Origin: a virus
Taxonomy: Duplodnaviria; Caudoviricetes
Length of the DNA stretch: 64,000 nucleotides
Reading direction: 5' to 3' (one strand)
IMG/VR virus record: IMGVR_UViG_3300025372_000014
Location: 1-64,000 of that record
The position numbers and the translations under genes are program-made. The notes below the pieces were generated by a model. That model saw nothing but the letters and a program-made list of their open reading frames with translations, ran no database searches and had not been told where the DNA came from. This document shows positions 27,636 through 36,343 of the stretch, one piece after another. The stretch's first letter is position 1, and each line of letters begins with the position of its first letter.

Positions 27636-27791
27636 CTAGTGATGACGGCGTCCGCTTGTCCCCGCGTGACCGCCCGATACGCCTTTGTGTCCGTATCCAG
27701 ACAGGCCGCTATGCTTCCATGCGGCTTGAGAGCTAGGGGTGAAGATGGCGAGAGCTAGCACAACGAGGAGGAGGTGTTTGATGTGGTTCAT
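27636..27791 (-). CDS. secreted Gly/His-rich peptide (WKHS type)
   Basis: MNHIKHLLLVVLALAIFTPSSQA|AWKHSGLSGYGHKGVSGGHAGTSGRRHH. Confidence 0.75.
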   Translation of the reverse strand: MNHIKHLLLVVLALAIFTPSSQAAWKHSGLSGYGHKGVSGGHAGTSGRRHH

Positions 27792-27813
27792 GTGTGTGGT
27801 GTTTAGTGTGATT

Positions 27814-28420
27814 CTACTTTTTTTTGTATGCGATTGCAAGTGCTACGATTACGGAGGCGATGAGCAATTCCATTAGTGGTTACAGATCTGGTCAGCGTAG
27901 TAACAGATGCCGCCGAGGACGCAGAGGTTAGCGAAGGCGAGGAGTGCGATGATGTACTTCATATTACTTGGAGAGAACCTCAAGGGCGATGACGATGATG
28001 CCAACGGCAGAGAGCGAGAGCAAGCCGAAGGCGAGGAACGAGGCGATGATGAGGACTGATTCGATGTGGTGTTTCATTTGTTCTAGTGTGTTGTTTGTTG
28101 GTGAGTGTGTCAAGGTTAGAGTGACTGAAGGAAAGTCTTCACCTCAAGCAGGGCGTTGCTGATGTAGAAGCAAGCCTTCATGCGAAGCGTGTTCTGCTGT
28201 CTGGCATGGTAGCAAGACAGGTTGTAGAAGTTCTGTGAGAGGTTGAAGATTGTGGTGATCATGGTTAGAGTATGTGTGAATGTAGTGATTGTGTCAACGA
28301 TTATTTCTTGGGAATCCAGAAGCCCTCTTCCCAGAGACCGCGCTTGATCTCGGAGAGTTTCTTGAGTTGAATCCTACGGAGTTCGATGATCCTCTGTTTG
28401 GTGGTGTTCTTATTTTTCAT
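27814..28420 (-). other. run of tiny ORFs (27814-27873, 27873-27962, 27964-28077, 28116-28262, 28301-28420); the first three are hydrophobic
   Basis: Abutting or overlapping stop-start junctions; three tandem sigma70 promoters with ATG 6-7 nt after the -10 box. Confidence 0.6.
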
Positions 28421-29167
28421 GTGTTCATACTACCACGGAGCCGTGAAGATTGCAACACTTTTTTTTATTTTTTTTCGTGTGCTGCCCTGCTTTGCCTCGC
28501 GTGACGGCGTAAGACAATTGTATGACAACGCGTATCCCCTCCCCTTTTTGGAAAAAAAGCCAGCCGCGCAGCCCGGAAGCGGTCGGGTGGGTGCTACTTC
28601 CATCTCCCCCAATAAAATACCTACCTTATTCAGAAATCTCGCCGCTTTGAATGGTTTTAAATAATAAATAAGCGGCTCGACCGCCGCTCGCTATGCCACG
28701 CGAGCGAACTTCCGATACACTGTCGCGGAATTTTCGGAATAATCCGCGCAAGTTAATTCAATCAACTAATACATAATATATTAAAAACTCTATATTAATG
28801 CATTAAATAATCCACGCTCACGTTATGAGCATACCACACAAGTATAAAATATACACAAACTATATAAACTGATAATAGTAGGGCGAACCATGCGGGGAAA
28901 CACTCTATCGTGCGTTTTATAAAGCCTCTCATAGTATATAATAGGTAACCCCTGCCAATTTATAAAAAATGGAATAAAAACACGTTATTAATAATTAAAT
29001 CATTTTAAAAATACCGGGGGGATAAATAATAAATATATATGACACTAATATAGAGTCAGTGTAATTACTATATAAGATTACTCAATGGTAAACTTACGCC
29101 TATCCAGACTGGTGGAAATGCACTTAAAGCGTTCCTTCAGGTGCTTCGTTAGATTTCTTATTGGAAA

Positions 29168-29335
29168 TTAATTCAACTTAAGAAAAGCCAGCAATCGCTG
29201 CCAGAAGCCCAGTTTAACTGGCGCCGGGGCAACCAAACGCTTGCGTGTGCCACAAACGCCACCACAGCACTTACCATTGGTCTTGCTCTTTTTTATTCCA
29301 ATCGCGCTCTTTTTATTATTTGTTTTATTTGTCAT
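29168..29335 (-). CDS. 55-aa basic protein (KCCGGVCG...GFWQRLLAFL)
   Basis: Hand-translated; co-oriented with 29351-29620. Confidence 0.5.
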   Translation of the reverse strand: MTNKTNNKKSAIGIKKSKTNGKCCGGVCGTRKRLVAPAPVKLGFWQRLLAFLKLN

Positions 29336-29350
29336 AATAATATTATTATA

Positions 29351-29620
29351 TTAATCCTGATTGATGTTTTCCATATTTTCTTGTTGGAATTCCCTGATAG
29401 CCTCTAAGATAAAATCCAGTTCTTTAGTTATGTCTGGTGTTTTAGGATAGCGCTCTTGCTTGGCCAGTAGTAAGAACTTCTTCTTTAACTGCTCCACAAC
29501 AAAGTCCTGCGCCTCCCTCTCGGTGGAGGTTTTTGCCTTTGGAAAGAAATCGTACACGCCGGGCCCTTTTAAATTGTTTCTAATTGAAGCCTGTTTCCTT
29601 CCTTGACCTCTTTCGCCCAA
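29351..29620 (-). CDS. hypothetical protein
   Basis: ORF track; start uncertain. Confidence 0.5.
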   Translation of the reverse strand: MGERGQGRKQASIRNNLKGPGVYDFFPKAKTSTEREAQDFVVEQLKKKFLLLAKQERYPKTPDITKELDFILEAIREFQQENMENINQD

Positions 29621-29793
29621 AATACGTCTATCCCACTATAGATTTTATAACGGTTGCTATTCTTTATTTCAATAATCTTTCCATAACGCCAGTTGCGACT
29701 GCCGCGCTCAAGAAACTCAACATTATCATTTAATTTGAAATTAGTTTTCGCATTCATAGTATATATTATATAATATAATGGGCGCAAAAACAA
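29569..29793 (-). CDS. small SH3/Tudor-like hypothetical protein
   Basis: FKLNDNVEF...WRYGKIIEI pattern; start uncertain. Confidence 0.5.
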   Translation of the reverse strand: MFLRPLYYIIYTMNAKTNFKLNDNVEFLERGSRNWRYGKIIEIKNSNRYKIYSGIDVFWAKEVKEGNRLQLETI

Positions 29794-29848
29794 TTTTTGT
29801 ATTAAACACTGCGCTGTTCAGTAATCCGTGTAATTAGTTATTGTATAT

Positions 29849-30646
29849 ATGGCATCCGTTGGACTAACAAACTGTTATTTAATAAAGCTCTTAACCATTT
29901 CCGTTAATCCGTTTGTGAGTGGCGGCGCCGGGACTTTCGATCTATATAACCTTAGAAGCATGACAAACATTACTGCTACTGGTGTGGGCTTGAGTAATAT
30001 TACAAATTTTGGCGCATGCTCAAAGCTGGCCGTTGTTAGTGTTAATAATAATGGTTTAAGTGGTGCAATTCCAGATTTTAGATTAAATACCGGATTACGT
30101 CAATTCACTGCATACGGAAATAACTATACTGGTATAACTCAGAATTACTGGGACGCTAATGCTGGTGCCATGCAGAATTTTTTAATATATAATAATCCAA
30201 ACTTGAGTGGAACACTACCAGTGGGCATAACAGGACTGACTGGCATACAAAGTTTTTCGGTAAATGGTTGTAAATTAAGTGGCACCTTGGCGATACCAAG
30301 GTCTAGAGTTATGACTGTATATAATGCCTATTCAAATAATTTTACTGGCACAATTCCAGATATTAGCTACCAAACAGGATTAAAAACATTTGGTCTTAAT
30401 AATAATAACCTAACTGGTTTTAATGGTGGATTTCCCACGGGGGTATCTGGACTAAACGCACAGTTCAGTGCTAACAAACTTTCCTTTTCTGGAGTGAGTC
30501 AGATACTTCAGGCGGCTGTTAATTCCACCTCCACTACTGGTGTTCTCGCTCTTGGCGGAACCAATAATGCCCGTGCCACAGGAACCACGAATGTTAATAA
30601 CATAAATACCCTAGTAAGCAGAGGATGGACTGTGACTTATAATTAA
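29849..30646 (+). CDS. leucine-rich repeat protein, probably virion- or fibre-associated
   Basis: Repeats NGLSGAIPDF, NLSGTLP, KLSGTL, NNFTGTIPD, NNLTG; ends LVSRGWTVTYN; late promoter motif upstream. Confidence 0.75.
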   Translation: MASVGLTNCYLIKLLTISVNPFVSGGAGTFDLYNLRSMTNITATGVGLSNITNFGACSKLAVVSVNNNGLSGAIPDFRLNTGLRQFTAYGNNYTGITQNYWDANAGAMQNFLIYNNPNLSGTLPVGITGLTGIQSFSVNGCKLSGTLAIPRSRVMTVYNAYSNNFTGTIPDISYQTGLKTFGLNNNNLTGFNGGFPTGVSGLNAQFSANKLSFSGVSQILQAAVNSTSTTGVLALGGTNNARATGTTNVNNINTLVSRGWTVTYN

Positions 30647-30661
30647 TTTATATTTATATAT

Positions 30662-30880
30662 ATGATAACACTAGTACAAGCCCCCGACCATTATGAACTA
30701 CCAGAGGCGAGTTATGCTTTTTATTTTGATAGTGGTTCTAATAGTTTATTATGCAGACCATTCGCAGCGCCCGGTACCTGCGCCTCGCCCTACACACTTG
30801 CCATCGGAAGTGCCGAGCAAGAATGTCTCGACTACATCACCGAAAATAACATTACCGTACCCGAATGGCTGACCGAGTAA
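30662..30880 (+). CDS. hypothetical protein
   Basis: ORF following the LRR gene. Confidence 0.6.
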   Translation: MITLVQAPDHYELPEASYAFYFDSGSNSLLCRPFAAPGTCASPYTLAIGSAEQECLDYITENNITVPEWLTE

Positions 30881-31131
30881 CAAAAACCTGCGGGTTATGC
30901 AAGAAAGAACTGGAATTTTTTTGTTTTAGTATTAATAGGAAATCCAGAGACGGTCTGCATGCTTGGTGCAAACCCTGTTGCCGCAAAGCTGAACAGGAAC
31001 GCTATAAGATAATTAGGGATGAACGTATTGCCGAGGTTCGTGAGTGGCAAAAGAATAATTTAGGTAAGGTTAGTGAATATAAAAAAAATTGGCGAGCCAA
31101 ACATGAGTCTGACCCGCCAACCGAAGGTTAA
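30865..31131 (+). CDS. zinc-finger protein resembling the N-terminal domain of phage endonucleases
   Basis: KTCGLCKK...F..N....DGL..WCKPC. Confidence 0.65.
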   Translation: MADRVTKTCGLCKKELEFFCFSINRKSRDGLHAWCKPCCRKAEQERYKIIRDERIAEVREWQKNNLGKVSEYKKNWRAKHESDPPTEG

Positions 31132-31141
31132 ATATAAAAAA

Positions 31142-31651
31142 TTACTTAACCGTCTGTACCTTTATTTTTTTCGTCTTTGCGGCGGCGAGTTTTGAAATAG
31201 AAATATATAATACTCCATGGTCTAGTTTCGCGTCTACGGTTTCTACATCTGCATTTTGTGGCAGATTAACGCTATTATAATACTTTAGACTATCCTGTTC
31301 AGCCTTAATGTGTAATAGACCGTCTTCAGTGGTAATATCCAGACTAGAAGCCTTGAATCTTGGTAACTCTGTCTCATAAGTATACTTATCACCCTGCTCT
31401 TTCCAAGGGTTTAGCTTTGAGATACTAAACTGCGGGCTTGCTATGGCTGTAAATGTATCGAATATACCCGGCCATCTATTAGTCCAGTAGTCTATAGGAG
31501 CAAAAGGATCTAGGCGTGTACTTCCTATGGTTAGACTGTCTCCAGTATTGGCTGGATAAGTATCTCCAAACCAACTGGCAGTAGATAGTCCATTTTTAGG
31601 TACTAGTGAAATGCTCATTAGAGAGCTTGATGTTGTATTGTTATTTTTCAT
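31142..31651 (-). CDS. small heat-shock protein (Hsp20/alpha-crystallin)
   Basis: ELP.F....LDIT.EDGLLHIKAE...LP..AD...VDAKLDHGVLYI; start moved to 31651. Confidence 0.85.
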   Translation of the reverse strand: MKNNNTTSSSLMSISLVPKNGLSTASWFGDTYPANTGDSLTIGSTRLDPFAPIDYWTNRWPGIFDTFTAIASPQFSISKLNPWKEQGDKYTYETELPRFKASSLDITTEDGLLHIKAEQDSLKYYNSVNLPQNADVETVDAKLDHGVLYISISKLAAAKTKKIKVQTVK

Positions 31652-31717
31652 AAATTGAATGTTACAATAATGAGACACAACTTTTATTGGAATGTTCAAA
31701 AAAAGTTTGTAATATAT

Positions 31718-32398
31718 ATGGTGAAAGAGTACGAGTACCTGATAGTGTCGGATGTTCATATGACAAGTCTTGTGTGTCAGCATGATAAACTAGAGTGGGT
31801 TATTAAGAATGTTAAATCTAAAAATCTTATATTAAATGGAGATATTATAGATGTTAATCATACTAAAAAATTAACCAAAAAAGACTGGCACCTATTGTCA
31901 CTACTCAGAAAGCAAACAAAGGAAAGAAACTGTTATTGGAACGCTGGCAACCATGATGGCGATGTGAGTGGACTACTTGCAGACTTTCTGGGTTATACTC
32001 ATGGACATGAAGTTAGAACTAATATAAATGGTAGTAACTTTATTATAACACATGGCGACCAGTTTGATAGTTTTATTGGAGACCATCCTATTATTACTAA
32101 TATAGCTAGTGGATTATATTACTGGTTACAGGCAATAGATCCAAAACAGCAAAGAATTCCTAGGTATTTTAAAAAAAGATCAAAGAACTGGATACATGCC
32201 ACAAAGAGAGTAAAGAACAATGCGATCAAGTGGGCAAAGAATCAGAATGCTAATAACATTATCTGTTCACACGTTCACCATGCAGAAGTTGACGAAGTAG
32301 ACGAAGTAGTCTATGCCAATACCGGATGCTTTACATATGCCGAATGCTATTATATTACCATAGATAAATTTGGTAAAATAGAGACACATAAGGTGTAA
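31718..32398 (+). CDS. calcineurin-like metallophosphoesterase (LpxH-like)
   Basis: SDVH, NGDIID, GNHD, HGDQFD, SHVH, YANTG. Confidence 0.88.
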   Translation: MVKEYEYLIVSDVHMTSLVCQHDKLEWVIKNVKSKNLILNGDIIDVNHTKKLTKKDWHLLSLLRKQTKERNCYWNAGNHDGDVSGLLADFLGYTHGHEVRTNINGSNFIITHGDQFDSFIGDHPIITNIASGLYYWLQAIDPKQQRIPRYFKKRSKNWIHATKRVKNNAIKWAKNQNANNIICSHVHHAEVDEVDEVVYANTGCFTYAECYYITIDKFGKIETHKV

Positions 32399-32522
32399 AT
32401 ATATCTGTAGTGAACAGCACTATTGTTCTAGAACAAAGCGAGAGAGGGGTAAGATTTTTAATTACCACAGGGATGCCTCGCCACTTTTACCAAAACTTTT
32501 AAGGTAAACAATTTTTAATTTT

Positions 32523-33281
32523 ATGAGTCACAAGAAAAAAACACCTGCTAAACAAGCAACTGTAACTAAAGATACTTCTCCTTATGTAGATAAAAAACGT
32601 ACAAAAAGTACAATACAACTATCAATTAGAGAACTTCCTTGGACAGATAAGCAAAAGAAATTTTTTGAAGTAGCCCTAGATAAAAATACTAAGGTTATGA
32701 TAGTTAAGGGCGTTGCTGGAACAGCTAAGACATTACTGGCGGTATACTGCGCGCTAAAGAAAATTAATGAGAAGAAGTCTGCTGAGATTTATTATAGCCG
32801 CGTTCCTGTAGAAAGTTCTATACATGGAATTGGTTATATTAAAGGTACTACAGATGAGAAAATGTCCCCCTATATACAACCCCTAGTGGATAAGCTACAT
32901 GAACTACTGCCAGAACCACAAGTTAGAGCATTAATGGCAGATGATAGAATCAAGGGTTTACCACTAGGATTCCTACGTGGACTAAACATATCTAATGCCT
33001 CGTTTATTATGGATGAGGCACAGAACTGCCGAGTTGAGGACTTCTTATTAGTCATGAGCCGTATGGCTAATTTTTCTAACCTATTTGTTATAGGTGATGA
33101 GCAGCAGTCAGATATCAAACAAAGCGGTTTTAATCGTGTTTATAACTCATTTAATACCGAGACGGCAAAAGAGCATGGTATTCATACCTTTGAATTTACC
33201 AAAGAAGATATTGTGAGATCAGAAATCCTATCTTATGTTATCGAGACTTTCGAGAAGATGAGGCTTAAGATCGTGAATTAG
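32523..33281 (+). CDS. phoH: PhoH-family ATPase
   Basis: GVAGTAKT, EKMSPY, FLRG, MDEAQN, GD..QSDI, DIVRS. Confidence 0.92.
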   Translation: MSHKKKTPAKQATVTKDTSPYVDKKRTKSTIQLSIRELPWTDKQKKFFEVALDKNTKVMIVKGVAGTAKTLLAVYCALKKINEKKSAEIYYSRVPVESSIHGIGYIKGTTDEKMSPYIQPLVDKLHELLPEPQVRALMADDRIKGLPLGFLRGLNISNASFIMDEAQNCRVEDFLLVMSRMANFSNLFVIGDEQQSDIKQSGFNRVYNSFNTETAKEHGIHTFEFTKEDIVRSEILSYVIETFEKMRLKIVN

Positions 33282-33864
33282 TAAAAATATCATATACGCC
33301 CTCCGGGGCTTCCAAGTACTTCAGGTATGACTTGTGTATCTTATCAGGGCACATGTCTTCACAGTTTTTAAGGTCAGGGTTGCCCTTTGGCCAAAAATGA
33401 TCTGTATATAAGAATCCATACTTATATAATACTGCATTAGCTTCTTTTATATAATCGATATCATCAAAAAGCCTATATTTTTTTATTAGTTTAACTACTC
33501 TCCTTTCACAGTCTGCCTCTAATCTTAATAATAATAGTATTTCTTTTTTAAACTTTTTTGGATTGTTAATTATCTCATCTATATTAAAGTTACATTCTTC
33601 GAAATCTTTCCATATTCTACTACCTTCTCTCCACTGTAAAAAATGGCAGTATTCATGAATTAATACTCCAAACCATCTTTCATTTGATTTATTTCCTATA
33701 GCTACCTTAATAACAGGATTTTCTTTAAAATTAAATTCAAACATACCGTAGCATCGGTCATTACCCCCACAGTACTCTCCTTTATAGAGTAAAATCTTTC
33801 CATCATATGCTTTAAGGTCTTTTTTTATTATACCATAAAGTTTGCTTTTTTTAATGGACTGCAT
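33265..33864 (-). CDS. HExxH zinc metallopeptidase-like protein
   Basis: LIHEYCHFLQW and downstream LEADCE. Confidence 0.65.
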   Translation of the reverse strand: MQSIKKSKLYGIIKKDLKAYDGKILLYKGEYCGGNDRCYGMFEFNFKENPVIKVAIGNKSNERWFGVLIHEYCHFLQWREGSRIWKDFEECNFNIDEIINNPKKFKKEILLLLRLEADCERRVVKLIKKYRLFDDIDYIKEANAVLYKYGFLYTDHFWPKGNPDLKNCEDMCPDKIHKSYLKYLEAPEGVYDIFTNSRS

Positions 33865-33960
33865 TTACCCAATAATTACACCGAGGGTCTTATATAATAT
33901 AAGCCTAAAGAGAAATTAGAATTTTCTGTGTAATTAACTAATAATAAGTGTATCAAAACT

Positions 33961-34500
33961 ATGAAACATTTTTGCTCCAAATGTGGTAAACCCACTATAT
34001 ATGCTTTAGCACTACCTAAATTTTGTTCCCAGTGTGGAAGTGATTTTAGTTTGGTAACAAAGGAAAAAGATAAATCTGTACACGATCAGGCGCTAGAGAA
34101 GGCTAAAGAAAAATATGAGGTTAATACCCCTAATTTCGTACCGCAGCCCGATCCAAAAATTAAAAGCTATCCTAATCCAGCCAGAGCTTCTATTAAATAT
34201 AAACTATTAGATGATGATGAACAGACTGAAGACGAAGATGGCGATATAGGTTATGAAGACGATAATGTAGCTATTAACCCAGATCTTTTTGCCAAAGTTA
34301 AGCCAAAATTTACCCTGCAGCAAACTAGAAACACTTCGGAGTCTTTTGAGAATATTGTCACGCAGGGATATGCAAGTAATTACCAACCAATGGATCCAGC
34401 CGAAATGAGAACCCTATCCGGTGGTATACAAAACTCAACCCCTGATTCTGTTTTAGAGCAATTTAAAAGAGAAGCTGGAAGTATTCGTCAGCGAGATTAA
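33961..34500 (+). CDS. zinc-ribbon protein
   Basis: FCSKCG...PKFCSQCG. Confidence 0.7.
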   Translation: MKHFCSKCGKPTIYALALPKFCSQCGSDFSLVTKEKDKSVHDQALEKAKEKYEVNTPNFVPQPDPKIKSYPNPARASIKYKLLDDDEQTEDEDGDIGYEDDNVAINPDLFAKVKPKFTLQQTRNTSESFENIVTQGYASNYQPMDPAEMRTLSGGIQNSTPDSVLEQFKREAGSIRQRD

Positions 34501-34505
34501 ACTGC

Positions 34506-35204
34506 GTGACAAATCAAACCAGACCAACTTTCGAACAGTCTATTGATATTATAGATGAAGAAATTAGCAAGCGCAAATCGCGCTGGCATCTTACCGCTAT
34601 ATCTTGGATGGACTTTCAAGATGTATCTCAGCGTTTACGCATACATATATATAAAAAATGGGATAAGTGGGACAATATACGACCATTAAGGCCGTGGTTA
34701 AATCAAGTGATTAATCATCAGATTACTAATATGCTACGTAATCATTACTCTAACTTTTCCAGACCATGCTTGAAATGTAAGTTTAATACTGGTGAATATG
34801 GGTGTTCAGTATATGGAACACAGAACAATGGATGTTCAACATATGCAAAATGGGAAAAAACAAAAAAGTCTGCTTATGACATTAAGTTCCCAGTAAGTAT
34901 AAATAGCCCCAATTCTCAAAATCCAGAAACAACACTTGAATCAGTATTACAGTCAAAAGAGATAGATATTAATATTGAAGATACTATACCAGCTTTTAAT
35001 GATCTAATGAGAAAGAATTTATCGGTAATAGAATGGAGAGTTTATGAGTACATGTTCCTGCAAAATTTTGATGAAGCAGATGTTGCAAAAAAAATGGGAT
35101 ATAAACTCAGTTATAAGGATGGCCGACCTGCCTATAGACAGATAAGCAAAATAAAATCTAAAATTTTACAAAAAGCAAGATTACTAGCTAAAGAAGTAGT
35201 ATGA
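34506..35204 (+). CDS. phage sigma70-family factor, probably the late sigma
   Basis: Region-2-like DFQDVSQ..IYKKW..WD..LRPWL..VI.HQI.NMLR; region-4 HTH LS..E..V....F....EADVAKKMG; four-Cys insert between them. Confidence 0.75.
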   Translation: MTNQTRPTFEQSIDIIDEEISKRKSRWHLTAISWMDFQDVSQRLRIHIYKKWDKWDNIRPLRPWLNQVINHQITNMLRNHYSNFSRPCLKCKFNTGEYGCSVYGTQNNGCSTYAKWEKTKKSAYDIKFPVSINSPNSQNPETTLESVLQSKEIDINIEDTIPAFNDLMRKNLSVIEWRVYEYMFLQNFDEADVAKKMGYKLSYKDGRPAYRQISKIKSKILQKARLLAKEVV

Positions 35205-36340
35205 ACAAAGAAACAGAAAAAGCAGAGGCTGTTCTTTATGAAGAGCAGCAGCAAAGAATTCGTGATTGTATAGCATTAAATCCTGATGCTACGCTTACAG
35301 AGATTACTTCGTATGCGTATAATGATGAGAAGATAGATAGCAGAAGCAAAGAGGGTAGACTAGTAAAGCAGTTTCTACTAGATAATAAAATCGAGTATAA
35401 GAACAAGAGCGTTACCCAGAGAGAGAGAATTACTCTAACAGATGAGCAAAAAGAGTTTATAAAGAATAACTATAAGGGGCAAAACTATGTTGACCTAGCC
35501 AAAACGTTATTTCAAAATGATAGACTAACACATGTTACCTTGGAATGTAGAGAAGTAAATAACTATATACAGGAGTTAATAAAGAATGACCCTAATACGC
35601 CAAAAGACCAGTTAGACAATACAGTTTATGTACCGACTGAGCGTGGCGAGGACTCTACATCCACAACTTATTTTCCCCCAAGGAGAACTGACCAGACAGT
35701 ATTCAGAATTAATAAATACTTAAATATAGGATGGTCTGCTGATACACTGAAGGCTTCTCAACAGAAAATGGTTGATATGCTTCAGAGGTATTTGAATACT
35801 TTCAGCTTTTGTTATCAGATAAATACTTATAAAACCAATAATGACAGACAGTTATTTGAGGACTCATTTATTCGTTATACTTATGACAAGCCAGACCTAA
35901 GTCAAGAAGAGCTTGACCAGTTTATTGTTCTTTGTACTGAGGTAGTAACTGCCGCAACTATCCTACAACAAGTTGAGGATTTAAGAGACATGCTACGTAA
36001 TAGCACAAGTGACGGAGAGGGTAGAAATATTAAGATGCAGCTGAATGAAGCTATTAGTAATTTACAGACCGAGTATAACCAGTGCCGCGCTAGACAGCAG
36101 AAACTTTATAAATCACTAGTTGATGACCGCTCAAAAAGAATTGCGCAAAGACAGGATGAGAATGCAACTATTCTTAACTTAGTTCAAGCTTGGAAAGACG
36201 AAGAAAGGCGTAAGGGTATTATCATATTGGCCGAAGCCCAAAAAAAGAACTTACACGAAGAGGCTAAGAAACTATCCTCAATGGACGAGCTTAAGGCGGT
36301 TATTCGCGGGATTAATGTAGACGAGATGGTTCATGGTTAA
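35201..36340 (+). CDS. hypothetical protein, candidate terminase small subunit or DNA-binding protein
   Basis: HTH-like N-terminus, coiled-coil C-terminus, position upstream of TerL. Confidence 0.5.
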   Translation: MNKETEKAEAVLYEEQQQRIRDCIALNPDATLTEITSYAYNDEKIDSRSKEGRLVKQFLLDNKIEYKNKSVTQRERITLTDEQKEFIKNNYKGQNYVDLAKTLFQNDRLTHVTLECREVNNYIQELIKNDPNTPKDQLDNTVYVPTERGEDSTSTTYFPPRRTDQTVFRINKYLNIGWSADTLKASQQKMVDMLQRYLNTFSFCYQINTYKTNNDRQLFEDSFIRYTYDKPDLSQEELDQFIVLCTEVVTAATILQQVEDLRDMLRNSTSDGEGRNIKMQLNEAISNLQTEYNQCRARQQKLYKSLVDDRSKRIAQRQDENATILNLVQAWKDEERRKGIIILAEAQKKNLHEEAKKLSSMDELKAVIRGINVDEMVHG

Positions 36341-36343
36341 TAT

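Noticed and set aside
12725-28664. Many + strand and alternative-frame ORFs in the track (e.g. 12725-13144, 18086-18433, 24540-25028, 27242-27514)
   Set aside because: Shadows of real minus-strand genes or read-through of the GC-rich repeats; no promoter or motif support.
29059-29152. Short coding-looking frame (RLLNGKLTPIQTGGNALKAFLQVLR) after a GTGTAA motif
   Set aside because: No ATG/GTG start in frame (ATA only) and too short to support.
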